From assembly GCA_964397445.1 (NCBI GenBank), contig CAYNHZ010000001.1, forward strand, positions 75,287-139,286: a stretch of 64,000 nt of DNA, given 5' to 3'. The translations under genes were made by a program, and so were the position numbers. Of this stretch, positions 51,341-61,407 are shown piece after piece (position 1 is the first letter of the stretch; each line of letters opens with the position of its first letter). The stretch is from an uncultured Muribaculaceae bacterium. GTDB lineage: Bacteria > Bacteroidota > Bacteroidia > Bacteroidales > UBA932. The notes beneath the pieces are model-generated. The model ran no database searches. It saw only the letters and a list, made by a program, of their open reading frames with translations, and had not been told where the DNA came from.

Positions 51341-53731
51341 TTATTTTAATTTTTTAGTCAATTTTAGAACATTGAGATTCCCCTCTCTTGAATAGAGGAC
51401 ACTATCCATTATTTGTTTAACCATAAATATACCAAGTCCTCCGATACCCCTCTCCTGAACGTTTAATGTAATATCAACATCCTCTTTTGCTGTCGGATCA
51501 AAAGGAATTCCGGAATCTCTGATTGTAAAGATAATATCTCTCCCCCTTTTAACAAATAAAATTTCTATTGTATTTGATTCGCCACCTGGGTAGGCATAGA
51601 AAATCACATTTGAAACAGCCTCTTCTAAGGCAAGATTAAGATTCATAACCAACGATGTCTCCAAAGATAAATCATTACCTATCTTCTCTATAAATTCGGC
51701 AAGGATATTCAAGTCGGAAACTTGATTCTTTATCACCAATCTATGAGCCCCTTTATACAAATCACCCTCTGGTGGCAAACAATACTTAACAACCAACATA
51801 GTAAGGTCATCACTCTGGACCGCATTATTTACATGTTGTTCGACACTGTTATAAACATTTCGCACCAATGTTTCTGCGTCAGTAACCGCCTCATTTTGAA
51901 GTGTTTTAAGCAAATTATTCTCCGAGAAAAGCTCCTTATTGTTATTTTCGGCCTCTGTCAACCCGTCGGTATATAAGAAAAGTGTTGTACCGCTCTCCAA
52001 ATGAATGGATTGTGTATCGTATTGAAACTTCTCAAACAATCCCACAGGTAAATTAGGGTGTATCTCCATAAATGACACATTCCCATCCTTAGTGATGATA
52101 CAGGGGGGATTATGCCCCGCATTACAAAATTGCATATCGCCGGTGCGTAGATCCAAAACCCCAACAAACAACGTAACAAACATATTTGCCTCGTTAGTCT
52201 CAGAAATGGCTGAATTCATCGATTCAACTATAATTTTAGGATCGATAATGTTAGCAGCAACCGATCTGAAAAGGCTCCTCGTTACAGCCATAAAGAGTGA
52301 GGCAGGGACCCCTTTACCAGAAACATCTCCAATTGTAAAAAATAGTTTCTCTTCATTTATAAAGAAATCGTAAAGGTCACCTCCAACCTCTTTTGCCGGA
52401 TGAAGAATGGCAAAAATATCAATATCGTTTCTCTCAGGAAAAGCTGGAAATATCTTAGGAATCATCCCCATCTGAATCTCCCTTGCAATACTCAATTCAC
52501 TCTCTATCCTCTCTTTAGCAGAGGTGGTGGATTTAAGCTCTTCGATATAATTCTTTAGAGAGGTCTGCATATAACTAAACGAATTATAGAGCTCTTTCAT
52601 CTCATCCTCCGATTTTATCTCCGGCAATGGGGTGTTAAAATCTCCCTTTGCTATCATCCTTGCAGAACTTGCAAATAGAGAGAGGGGCTTTGTGAGTTTT
52701 GAGATAATATTGCGTGATAAGAAGAATATCAAAAAGAGGGCAATGATAGCTACAATAATCAGCGTAGTCCTCATTGTTATCACCCCTGCATACACATCCC
52801 TATGGGGACAGACCATCGCCAATGACCAACCCGAACTCGGCACTGGTGCATAAAAAACAAATGAGAGGGTATCATCATTCATCAATGTCTGCATACCTGT
52901 CTTTCGTGCCAACATCTCCTTACCCAAGTGTTTAACAGTGGTATCTGCCATATCCATAGTGGCAGTGAATATTGTTTCGTTCAATATCCTCTCCGATTTT
53001 CGATGGACTATGTACGCCCCCCCTTTACCGATCATAATATTGTACGATCCTTTATATGGCTTTATCTCGTTTACCATTTTCGTAAACCATTCAATAGGTA
53101 AATCGGCAGTAACAACCCCTATAAAGTTACCTTTATCATCAAATATCGGATGGGAATAGGTACACATTATAATGTTTCCGGCCCCTTCATCATAGAAAGG
53201 ATCTGTCCAATATGGAGTTCCTTTAAGTTTTGGAATCTGATACCAATCCATATATTGATAATCATAGTCATCATTACCAACTTGACTTGTATTTATAGAA
53301 TCTTTTGACACCTTAAAAGAGTATGGTGAAAAATATTTGGTATCGGGATAATAATATGGTTCAAGGGCGATACAGCTCCCAATGATATGTGGGTTTTGTG
53401 AAACGATTTTTTTCGTTATTTCAAACAATTTATCCCTGTTATTGATAGACAAAGCCTCTCTTCTAACCTCATCAGAGAGGTTATCAACAGCAACAGAAAC
53501 CCCTATCAAAACGTTATCAATCTCCAAATTCACAGATTTCAATTGATTGAAAGCATTTCGTATCGCCTCGTCCCTGATAAGTTTATGAGAGTAAAAAGAG
53601 ACGATCAAGATAGAACCGATAAAAAGCAATGCCGTCAACAAAATTATATAAAAACTCAATTTAGCCGCAAAAGAATATTTTTTGAAAAAAAAAATCTCAA
53701 TTCTTTCAAAAATTTTTGACAAATTCCTCAT
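51341..53731 (-). CDS. Membrane sensor: double-Cache periplasmic domain - HAMP - PP2C (SpoIIE-type) phosphatase - RsbW/SpoIIAB-like HATPase kinase domain
   Basis: Two TM helices flank a ~270-aa Cache-like region (YQYMDWYQ..., TDPFYDEGAGNIIMCTYSHPI). PP2C motifs are GGDLYDF, GDVSGKGV and LYTDGLTE. The C-terminus has LEEAVSNVIFYAY...RDSGIPFDP...GIGGLGIFMV, as in anti-sigma serine kinases. Confidence 0.8.
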   Translation of the reverse strand: MRNLSKIFERIEIFFFKKYSFAAKLSFYIILLTALLFIGSILIVSFYSHKLIRDEAIRNAFNQLKSVNLEIDNVLIGVSVAVDNLSDEVRREALSINNRDKLFEITKKIVSQNPHIIGSCIALEPYYYPDTKYFSPYSFKVSKDSINTSQVGNDDYDYQYMDWYQIPKLKGTPYWTDPFYDEGAGNIIMCTYSHPIFDDKGNFIGVVTADLPIEWFTKMVNEIKPYKGSYNIMIGKGGAYIVHRKSERILNETIFTATMDMADTTVKHLGKEMLARKTGMQTLMNDDTLSFVFYAPVPSSGWSLAMVCPHRDVYAGVITMRTTLIIVAIIALFLIFFLSRNIISKLTKPLSLFASSARMIAKGDFNTPLPEIKSEDEMKELYNSFSYMQTSLKNYIEELKSTTSAKERIESELSIAREIQMGMIPKIFPAFPERNDIDIFAILHPAKEVGGDLYDFFINEEKLFFTIGDVSGKGVPASLFMAVTRSLFRSVAANIIDPKIIVESMNSAISETNEANMFVTLFVGVLDLRTGDMQFCNAGHNPPCIITKDGNVSFMEIHPNLPVGLFEKFQYDTQSIHLESGTTLFLYTDGLTEAENNNKELFSENNLLKTLQNEAVTDAETLVRNVYNSVEQHVNNAVQSDDLTMLVVKYCLPPEGDLYKGAHRLVIKNQVSDLNILAEFIEKIGNDLSLETSLVMNLNLALEEAVSNVIFYAYPGGESNTIEILFVKRGRDIIFTIRDSGIPFDPTAKEDVDITLNVQERGIGGLGIFMVKQIMDSVLYSREGNLNVLKLTKKLK

Positions 53732-54659
53732 ATTTAATCGGTTTAGTTAAAAAATTATTTATTTCCAACAACCTCTCTGCAAATTCAAAAGCGTTTTTTG
53801 TGAGTTTATAGGGAGCTTTCCCATCATCCTCTTGCAGTTCAAGTATCCTATCTAACATTTTTGTTTGAATCACACGGTTGGTAGGGATATTATTAGCTTT
53901 GACCATCTGCATTACATAATCTATTGTAGCCTCACGATTCTCCTCCATTCTAACCCAATTCCACCCCTGTTTTGTCGCCTCTGCAAAAAGTTTTAAGGTC
54001 TCTTTATTTTTATTAAAGAATTGATCTGTAACATAAAAACCATCTTCCGGAACATCATATCCCAAATCTTTGAACATAAATGTGTGGTCAGCTTCCATAT
54101 CAAATCCTGCTGCTTCTAATTGGATCATCTCGTTATATGTCATACACAAGGTGGCATCGATAGCCCCTGAAACAAAGAGTGATACATTGTTCAAAAAAGG
54201 GACCCACTCCACCTGAACACCATTGTTCAGAACAAAAATCATAGCAAGTTCATAGAATCCTATTTTCCATCTCCCAACTTTTTTATTGTTTAAATCGGAA
54301 ATATTTTTCATAGGATCCCTTGTAAAAATAAGGAGTGAATTATGGCTTGAGACTTGAAGGAAATTTACCAATGGGATGCCTGAATCCTTATAAAGCATAG
54401 CCTCAATTAATTGGGAAGTTATAATGTCGGTCTCCCCCTTCATTAATTTATTAATGGATGAATTAGAGACAGATGGATGAATTATCTCAACATCAAGCCC
54501 TTTCTCTTTATAATAACCATTTTTATACGCCATATAAATACCTGCAAATTGACTTTGAGCTGTCCATTGGGGAGAGACCCTAATCTTTGTAAGTTTTTGC
54601 GGTTGAGAAAACAATAGGATGGGTATTGATAAAAAAAGAATAATTAGAAACCTCCTCAT
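53706..54659 (-). CDS. Orphan periplasmic substrate-binding protein (NMT1/THI5-like, NitT/TauT-type SBP fold)
   Basis: Start moved to MRRFLIILFLSIPILLFSQ (signal peptide). Type-2 SBP-like alternation. No ABC permease or ATPase nearby. The 3' end overlaps the sensor gene start by 26 nt. Confidence 0.6.
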   Translation of the reverse strand: MRRFLIILFLSIPILLFSQPQKLTKIRVSPQWTAQSQFAGIYMAYKNGYYKEKGLDVEIIHPSVSNSSINKLMKGETDIITSQLIEAMLYKDSGIPLVNFLQVSSHNSLLIFTRDPMKNISDLNNKKVGRWKIGFYELAMIFVLNNGVQVEWVPFLNNVSLFVSGAIDATLCMTYNEMIQLEAAGFDMEADHTFMFKDLGYDVPEDGFYVTDQFFNKNKETLKLFAEATKQGWNWVRMEENREATIDYVMQMVKANNIPTNRVIQTKMLDRILELQEDDGKAPYKLTKNAFEFAERLLEINNFLTKPIKYEEFVKNF

Positions 54660-54678
54660 AATCAAATCGTTAATTATT

Positions 54679-55602
54679 TTAATACCATTTCGTAAAGGAG
54701 ACAATCCTCGGTTTAGAATGGATATCTTTTGTTACTGTTATGTCACTAAATCCGTACCCCTCAAAAAGAGATATCACCTCTTTATAATAGCCCTCATTAA
54801 TTTCAAAGTACCCCTTTCCCCCCATTTTTAGAAAAGCTACAGCCCACCTTGACAATGCTTTGTAAAATCGCAACGGATCGTTATCTGGTACAAATAAAGC
54901 CTCATCAGGCTCATATTCGGCCACATTACTATCCATAAAATCTCTTTCGCCTTCACAAATATATGGGGGATTGCTAACAATGATATCAAGCTCCTCAAGA
55001 TTTGGTAATGAACCATCTCTGATCACCCCTGTACTTGTAGTATCTGGAGGCCCATCAAGAATATCACACTTAAAAATAATAGGGATATTGCGTAGAGGCT
55101 GTTTTTCCTGCTCATCTAAGAATATCTTCTGATTTCGAGCCACTTCTAAGGGTCTGTCATAGAAATCACAAGCCATAACTGTAGATTTAGGAAATTGAGC
55201 TGCCAAGGAGTAGGCGATACATCCCGATCCAGTACAAGCATCAAAAATTTTCAACTCAGAATAACTTGAATTTTTCCACTCTGATATTATTAATCGGACC
55301 ATCTCCTCTGTCTCAGGTCGAGGGATCAATACAGATTCTGAAACATTAAACTTATGACCGGCAAAATTTTCGTAACCAAGCACATATTGGATTGGGCGAT
55401 ATTCCAATAACTCCGAAAGTGCTATATTGAGTATATCTAAATCTGGTTTGGGAATTATTACATTAGGCTCGATAATATATTCATACTCAGACAATTTTAG
55501 GAAATGAGTAATAAGCCTCACGGAGATAGCTCTCGCCTCGCCCAAAGAGTATATTTGGGTGAGTTCATCTATCGACTTTGTTACAAATTCCTTATGAGTC
55601 AT
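54679..55602 (-). CDS. prmC: Release factor glutamine N5-methyltransferase
   Basis: SAM-binding DACTGSGCI and catalytic NPPY (IIVSNPPYI). The N-terminal helical domain is typical of PrmC/HemK. Confidence 0.8.
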   Translation of the reverse strand: MTHKEFVTKSIDELTQIYSLGEARAISVRLITHFLKLSEYEYIIEPNVIIPKPDLDILNIALSELLEYRPIQYVLGYENFAGHKFNVSESVLIPRPETEEMVRLIISEWKNSSYSELKIFDACTGSGCIAYSLAAQFPKSTVMACDFYDRPLEVARNQKIFLDEQEKQPLRNIPIIFKCDILDGPPDTTSTGVIRDGSLPNLEELDIIVSNPPYICEGERDFMDSNVAEYEPDEALFVPDNDPLRFYKALSRWAVAFLKMGGKGYFEINEGYYKEVISLFEGYGFSDITVTKDIHSKPRIVSFTKWY

Positions 55603-55609
55603 ATTGCAC

Positions 55610-56575
55610 CTATTTATTATCTATCAGAGAGGTTAAAAAATCTACCATATCAATTCCTGCCACTTTAACTTCTTTTGGCACAAGACTTTCTGCCGTCATT
55701 CCAGGGTTTGGATTGAGTTCCAAGAAGAATACCTCCTCCCCTCTCGCTATAAAATCCATCCTTACAAGTCCTTTGCACCCAAGATATTTAAAAATATCAA
55801 CTGCCACTTTCTGTATTGTATCACTCAACGACTTTGAGATCTCTGCAGGACAAACCTCATCGCTTGCTCCAAGATATTTCGCCTCGTAATCAAAAAATTC
55901 ATTTTTAGAGATTATTTCAATAACCGGTAGAGGGTGAACACCGTTTTTGTCCGAATAGACACCGCAATCAAGCTCTCGACCTGAAATCGCCTCCTCTAAA
56001 ATTACCGTCTCGCAGTCTGAAAAGGCAACCTCTATAGCCTTATCTAACTCCTCGTATTTTTTAACTTTAGTAACTCCAAAACTGCTCCCCCCATTTGTTG
56101 GTTTCACAAAAATAGGGAGCCCTAACTTCTCAATAATACCCTCCTTTGAATAGCTCTCCCCCCTCCTGATAAAGAGATCTTTTGCCATCCTCACCCCACT
56201 ATCACGCAGATATGTTTTACACGCATATTTATCAAAAGCAATAGTCGTAACTAAAGAGGAGCACCCAACTGTTGGGATATTGATCATCTCGAAATAGGCT
56301 TGGAGCAATCCGTTTTCACCGGGATCTCCGTGAATAATGATAAAGATCTTATCGAAATAGATCTTAACACCCTCCTTTACAAACGAAAAATCACCTCTAT
56401 CAATAAGATACGATTTACCCTCCTCCTCTACACTCCATCTCTCTTTTGTCAATAATACTTCATAAACTGTATATTTGGTGCGATCTATGTTTTTTGCAAC
56501 ATTTTTTCCGCTCTTAACCGATATTTCCCATTCGGCAGAATAACCCCCGTAAACAACGGCAATCGTTTGTTTCAT
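55610..56575 (-). CDS. ddl: D-alanine--D-alanine ligase
   Basis: N-terminal VVYGGYSAEWEIS and ATP-grasp core (FVKPTNGGSSFGV, ...ELNPNPGMT). 321 aa. Confidence 0.9.
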   Translation of the reverse strand: MKQTIAVVYGGYSAEWEISVKSGKNVAKNIDRTKYTVYEVLLTKERWSVEEEGKSYLIDRGDFSFVKEGVKIYFDKIFIIIHGDPGENGLLQAYFEMINIPTVGCSSLVTTIAFDKYACKTYLRDSGVRMAKDLFIRRGESYSKEGIIEKLGLPIFVKPTNGGSSFGVTKVKKYEELDKAIEVAFSDCETVILEEAISGRELDCGVYSDKNGVHPLPVIEIISKNEFFDYEAKYLGASDEVCPAEISKSLSDTIQKVAVDIFKYLGCKGLVRMDFIARGEEVFFLELNPNPGMTAESLVPKEVKVAGIDMVDFLTSLIDNK

Positions 56576-56593
56576 AGTATAATAAATTAATTA

Positions 56594-58945
56594 TCAATTG
56601 AAATATGAATCTTCTCCCCCGTTTTTATTAGACATCGCATCGTTGTCGCTTCCATCACAATTCAAATTTAGAATCATACCGGGAGGGGCCACAAAACTAT
56701 CTTCGGGTAAAAATCCGATTGATGAATCTTGCATAACTTTCTGCATAAAAATACCCCATATCGGGAGGGCCATATTTGAGCCTCCACCCAATGCGAGAGA
56801 TTCGAAATGGACCTGTCTATCCTCAGCACCAACCCATATTCCGGCTGTTAGTTTTGGGGTAAAACCGATAAACCATCCATCTGATTGGTCATTAGTCGTT
56901 CCTGTTTTCCCTGCAAGTTGTCCCTCTATTTTATATTTCCAGCGTAACCTTCCTGCTGTCCCTTCGTTTACAACACCCTGTAACAAATTGACCATTAAAT
57001 ATGCTGTCGACTCACTGATAGACTCTTTTTTACGTGCAGTAAAATTGCCCAATACATTACCCTCATTATCTTCGATTTTTGTAACAAACATCGGTTCTAT
57101 ATGCACCCCTCTGCTCGGGTATGTATTGTATGCTCCAACCATCTCAAGAAGAGTAATATCTGCAGGACCTAAACACAAAGAGGGGTACTCTCCGAGATAC
57201 GATGTGATACCGAGTTTACGGCACATCTCAACCATCGCTTTTGGCCCCAATTGTTTGATAAGGTATGCCGAGATATTGTTACTACTCTTTGTCAACCCCC
57301 ATTTGAGGGTTACTGTTTTACCAATCCACTCCTCTTTATCTGTACTGTTTGGTGTCCAAGTGGAATCACCCACAATAAATGTTTGTGGCACATTGACAAC
57401 CTTATCGCAAGGGGAAAAGCCCTCTTGCATAGCGAGTGTATATAAAAATGGTTTGATGGTAGAACCAACTTGCCTTTTTCCCTGACGGGCATTATCATAT
57501 TTAAAGAACCTATAATTCGGTCCGCCTATATACGCCTTAACATATCCGGTATGGGGCTCCATCGCAACAAAAGAGGCACGCAAAAAAGATTTGTAATATC
57601 TGATCGAATCATTTGGTGACATTATAGTATCTATATATCCCTTTGAATTCCAAGAGAAAACCCTCATTTTAGTCTTTGTCTTGAAGTTCTGCTCTATCTC
57701 ACTATCACTCGCCCCCTCCCTTTTTAATATTCTATATCTATCACTCCACCTCTTAGCCTGATTCATAATCGTAACAGTAAGATCTGTCGATACATTGTAT
57801 GCAAATGGTTTGTTTGGCTTATTCCTCATATCTGCTGCAAATTCTTTTTGCAACTGTTTTCCTATATGCTCATTAACAGCCTCTTCTGCATATCTTTGCA
57901 TCTTTGAATTGATCGTAGTGTAGATTTTCAATCCGTCTCTGTCAAGGTCATATTTTGTCCCGTCTGGCTTAAGATTTTTATTCAACCACCCATAGAGAGG
58001 ATCCTCATTCCAAAGTGTCTTATCAGCAAGGTAATCTTCTTGAAAATAATAAACAGATGGATCGGGCTCCGAAGCATTCATTACCCGTCTGAGCATATCC
58101 CTAAAATAGGGGGCATTGCCGGCATTATGATCTTGCTGGACATAATCCAATACGATAGGGAGGGTTATTAACGAATCTCTCTGTTCCTTAGTGATATAAC
58201 CATATTTCTTCATTTGAGAAATAACATGATTACGCCTCTCTAATGAGAGGTTATAATTCAAAACAGGATTAAATCGAGTAGGTTTATTAACCATTCCCAC
58301 AAGTGTCGCACTCTCCTCCATATTCAATTCCCAAGGCTCTTTTGCAAAAAATGTATTTGACGCTGCTTTGATTCCGTACGCATTACTACCAAAGAAAATA
58401 GCATTCATATACATTGTCATTATCTCATTTTTTGTGTAGTTTCTCTCAAGTTTTACAGCTGTTATCCACTCTTTGAATTTACTCACTACAAGTTTGAATT
58501 TGGCCTCTATCTTATAAGAAGTAACAGCAGTATCCCTTGGAAATAAGGTCTTTGCAAGTTGTTGGGTAATAGTACTACCACCCCCTGAACTCGAATTACC
58601 CAAAAGAAATGTTTTCACCCCAACCCTAAGAAGACTTCTGAAATCTATCCCGCAATGGCGATAATAGCGAACATCCTCCGTTGCTATAGCAGCAGTAACA
58701 AGATTTGGGGAGAGTTCAGAATAGTTGACAAAGGTTCTATTCTCAATATGGTATGTAGCGAGGATCATCCCATCCTCTGAAATCAGCTCTGTGGCCACAT
58801 TACTATCCGGGTTTTCAAGTTGTTCGAATGAGGGGATCTCAGCAAATATTCCAACCGCCAATAGGAATATAAGCAAAACTGCAATTGGGCCGAAAATAAC
58901 TATCCAAAGCCCTTTTTGTATTATTGTTTTAGTTTTCTCTTTCAT
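56594..58945 (-). CDS. mrcA: Bifunctional class A penicillin-binding protein (PBP1A: GT51 glycosyltransferase + transpeptidase)
   Basis: GT51 motifs (EDVRYYRHCGID, GGSTITQQLAK), transpeptidase SxxK (GSTIKPF), SxN and KTGT (GKTGTTND). Confidence 0.9.
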   Translation of the reverse strand: MKEKTKTIIQKGLWIVIFGPIAVLLIFLLAVGIFAEIPSFEQLENPDSNVATELISEDGMILATYHIENRTFVNYSELSPNLVTAAIATEDVRYYRHCGIDFRSLLRVGVKTFLLGNSSSGGGSTITQQLAKTLFPRDTAVTSYKIEAKFKLVVSKFKEWITAVKLERNYTKNEIMTMYMNAIFFGSNAYGIKAASNTFFAKEPWELNMEESATLVGMVNKPTRFNPVLNYNLSLERRNHVISQMKKYGYITKEQRDSLITLPIVLDYVQQDHNAGNAPYFRDMLRRVMNASEPDPSVYYFQEDYLADKTLWNEDPLYGWLNKNLKPDGTKYDLDRDGLKIYTTINSKMQRYAEEAVNEHIGKQLQKEFAADMRNKPNKPFAYNVSTDLTVTIMNQAKRWSDRYRILKREGASDSEIEQNFKTKTKMRVFSWNSKGYIDTIMSPNDSIRYYKSFLRASFVAMEPHTGYVKAYIGGPNYRFFKYDNARQGKRQVGSTIKPFLYTLAMQEGFSPCDKVVNVPQTFIVGDSTWTPNSTDKEEWIGKTVTLKWGLTKSSNNISAYLIKQLGPKAMVEMCRKLGITSYLGEYPSLCLGPADITLLEMVGAYNTYPSRGVHIEPMFVTKIEDNEGNVLGNFTARKKESISESTAYLMVNLLQGVVNEGTAGRLRWKYKIEGQLAGKTGTTNDQSDGWFIGFTPKLTAGIWVGAEDRQVHFESLALGGGSNMALPIWGIFMQKVMQDSSIGFLPEDSFVAPPGMILNLNCDGSDNDAMSNKNGGEDSYFN

Positions 58946-59038
58946 CTATAAAGCTATTTCAACTTGCGAATTTAGATAAAAATTTGGTTTATATCTCACT
59001 TTATGTCTTACTTTGCAGAATTGTTGATAAATGAAATT

Positions 59039-61342
59039 ATGGTTGAGAATTTAGTAATTGTTGAGTCGCCTGCTAAGGCAAAAACTATTGAGAAGTTTCT
59101 GGGAAAGGATTATGTCGTAAGATCAAGTTTTGGACACATTCGCGACCTCTCTAAAAAAAATCTTGGGATTGATATTGAAAATGGCTTCAAACCGGAGTAT
59201 ATAGTTCCTGCTGACAAAAAGAAAGTTGTCAGCGCCCTTAAAGATGATGTGAAAAATGCATCAATTATCTGGTTGGCATCCGATGAAGACCGTGAGGGAG
59301 AGGCTATTGCCTGGCATCTTCAAGAGACACTCAATCTCCAACCCGAAAATACAAAACGTATTGTTTTTCACGAAATTACAAAAGATGCCATCATCAATGC
59401 CATAAATAATCCAAGAAATGTTGACACAAATCTTGTGATGGCACAACAAGCGAGAAGGGTCCTGGATAGGTTGGTCGGTTTTGAATTATCTCCAATATTA
59501 TGGAAAAAAATAAAACCAAAACTCTCTGCCGGGAGGGTTCAATCGGTTGCACTGAGATTGATTGTGGATAAAGAGAGGGAGATTCTTGCTTTCAACTCTC
59601 AATCATATTATAAGGTGGAGGGTATTTTTCATCCCAAAGACTCTGCAAAGGAGACAAAGGTAAAAGGGGTATTGAATACCAAATTTCAATCCGATAAAGA
59701 GGCAAATGATTTTCTTACCAAGTGCAATGGGGCACAATTCTTAATAAGTAATATCGATAAAAAGGAGATGAGCAGAACCCCTGCCCCTCCATTTACCACC
59801 TCTTCACTTCAGCAAGAGGCATCTCGCAAATTCGGTTTTTCTGTGAGCCAAACTATGTCAATCGCCCAACATCTCTACGAATCGGGATTGATAACATATA
59901 TGCGTACAGACTCCACAAATCTCTCCGGATTGGCGATCAATACAGCTAAAGGGTATATAGAACAAACCTTTGGAGCAGAGTATTCTAAGGTTCGCCAATA
60001 CAAAACTAAGAGTAAAGGGGCGCAAGAGGCACACGAAGCCATTCGCCCAACCTATATCCAACAAACCTCTATCGAGGGGACAAATCAAGAGAAAAAACTT
60101 TACCAACTTATCTGGAAGAGGACAATAGCATCACAAATGTCCGATGCCAAACTTGAAAAGACAAATATTTCCATAATCTCCCCATCATTGAATGATTACA
60201 TATTCAACGCACAAGGTTCGCAGATCATCTTTGACGGATTTTTGAAGGTCTATATGGAGTCTTTAGATGATGAAATTGAGGGTGATGAAGAGGGCATTCT
60301 CCCAAAACTTTCCATTAATATGGATATGGAACAGGTTCAAATTGTAGCGGCTCAGAAATACACATTACACCCTTCAAGATACACCGAGGCTGCATTGGTC
60401 AAAAAGATGGAAGAGCTTGGGATCGGGAGACCATCCACATATGCCCCCACAATTACCACCCTTCATCAAAGAGAATATATCGTTAAAGGCGACAGGAAAG
60501 GAGAAGAGAAAATGCTTAAAACCATCACTTTAAGTAATGGTAAAATAACCGAGAAGAGCTCCAAAGAGGTGGTCGGTTCAGAAAAAGGGAAACTTTTCCC
60601 GGAAAACATAGGGATAGTTGTTACCGACTTTCTGGAAGAAAATTTCAACTCAATTCTTGACTACGGTTTCACCGCAAAAGTTGAGGAGGGCTTTGACAAG
60701 ATAGCATCAGGTAAAAAAGTGTGGAATAGTTTGATAGAGGATTTTTATAAACCATTTCACCTAACAGTTGAGAACACTTTAAAAGAGGCGTTGCCCAAAA
60801 ACGCTGAGCGATTAATCGGGGTTGACCCTAAATCGGGTAAAAATGTGATAGCAAGGATGGGTAGATATGGTCCACTCGTACAAATCGGGGAGAGCGATGA
60901 TCCAGATAAACATTTTGCAAGTCTCGGAAAAGGGCAATTAATAGAGGGGCTGACCTTAGAGGATGCTTTAAAACTGTTTGAACTTCCTAGAAATCTCGGT
61001 CAATATAATGGAATGGATATTATCTGTTCAAAGGGGAGATTTGGTCCATACATCAAATACAACTCCACTTTCATCTCTATGGGTAAAAATGCCGATCCCT
61101 ACACATTTGACCTTGAGTCAGCCATCAAACTCATTGATGACAAACATAAAGAAGAGGAAAAAAAGAATATTAAAGACTTTGAAAACAGCGATATACATAT
61201 TTTAAACGGTCGTTATGGTCCATATATCAAACATTCAGGAAATAATTTCAGAATACCAAAGGGGACTAAGGCTGAAGAGTTGACTGAAGAGGAGTGTTTG
61301 AAAATAATACTTTCAAATCGTAATAATAAAGGTGAAAAATAA
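59039..61342 (+). CDS. topA: DNA topoisomerase I
   Basis: TOPRIM start MVENLVIVESPAKAKTIEKFLG and catalytic-Tyr region GLITYMRTDS. The C-terminal repeats lack zinc-finger cysteines. Start moved from 59003 to ATG 59039. Confidence 0.9.
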   Translation: MVENLVIVESPAKAKTIEKFLGKDYVVRSSFGHIRDLSKKNLGIDIENGFKPEYIVPADKKKVVSALKDDVKNASIIWLASDEDREGEAIAWHLQETLNLQPENTKRIVFHEITKDAIINAINNPRNVDTNLVMAQQARRVLDRLVGFELSPILWKKIKPKLSAGRVQSVALRLIVDKEREILAFNSQSYYKVEGIFHPKDSAKETKVKGVLNTKFQSDKEANDFLTKCNGAQFLISNIDKKEMSRTPAPPFTTSSLQQEASRKFGFSVSQTMSIAQHLYESGLITYMRTDSTNLSGLAINTAKGYIEQTFGAEYSKVRQYKTKSKGAQEAHEAIRPTYIQQTSIEGTNQEKKLYQLIWKRTIASQMSDAKLEKTNISIISPSLNDYIFNAQGSQIIFDGFLKVYMESLDDEIEGDEEGILPKLSINMDMEQVQIVAAQKYTLHPSRYTEAALVKKMEELGIGRPSTYAPTITTLHQREYIVKGDRKGEEKMLKTITLSNGKITEKSSKEVVGSEKGKLFPENIGIVVTDFLEENFNSILDYGFTAKVEEGFDKIASGKKVWNSLIEDFYKPFHLTVENTLKEALPKNAERLIGVDPKSGKNVIARMGRYGPLVQIGESDDPDKHFASLGKGQLIEGLTLEDALKLFELPRNLGQYNGMDIICSKGRFGPYIKYNSTFISMGKNADPYTFDLESAIKLIDDKHKEEEKKNIKDFENSDIHILNGRYGPYIKHSGNNFRIPKGTKAEELTEEECLKIILSNRNNKGEK

Positions 61343-61373
61343 AACAATTAGTAACTTCTTATTAAATTTTGAC

Positions 61374-61381
61374 TATTTTTG
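61374..61381 (+). promoter_or_regulatory. -7 box TATTTTTG for the Lrp/AsnC regulator gene
   Basis: Exact TAnnTTTG, 27 nt upstream of ATG 61408. It lies inside the longer ORF-track start (61369), which argues against that start. Confidence 0.4.
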
Positions 61382-61407
61382 CAAAGAATTATTACAAACA
61401 TTTCGCT

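Noticed and set aside
56598-57485. A 295-aa ORF on the plus strand, unusually long for an AT-rich genome
   Set aside because: It lies entirely antisense within the well-supported PBP1A gene. The composition is low-complexity and Pro/Ser/Leu-rich, typical of a shadow frame. It has no recognisable motif and no promoter box or RBS context. I treat it as a shadow ORF.
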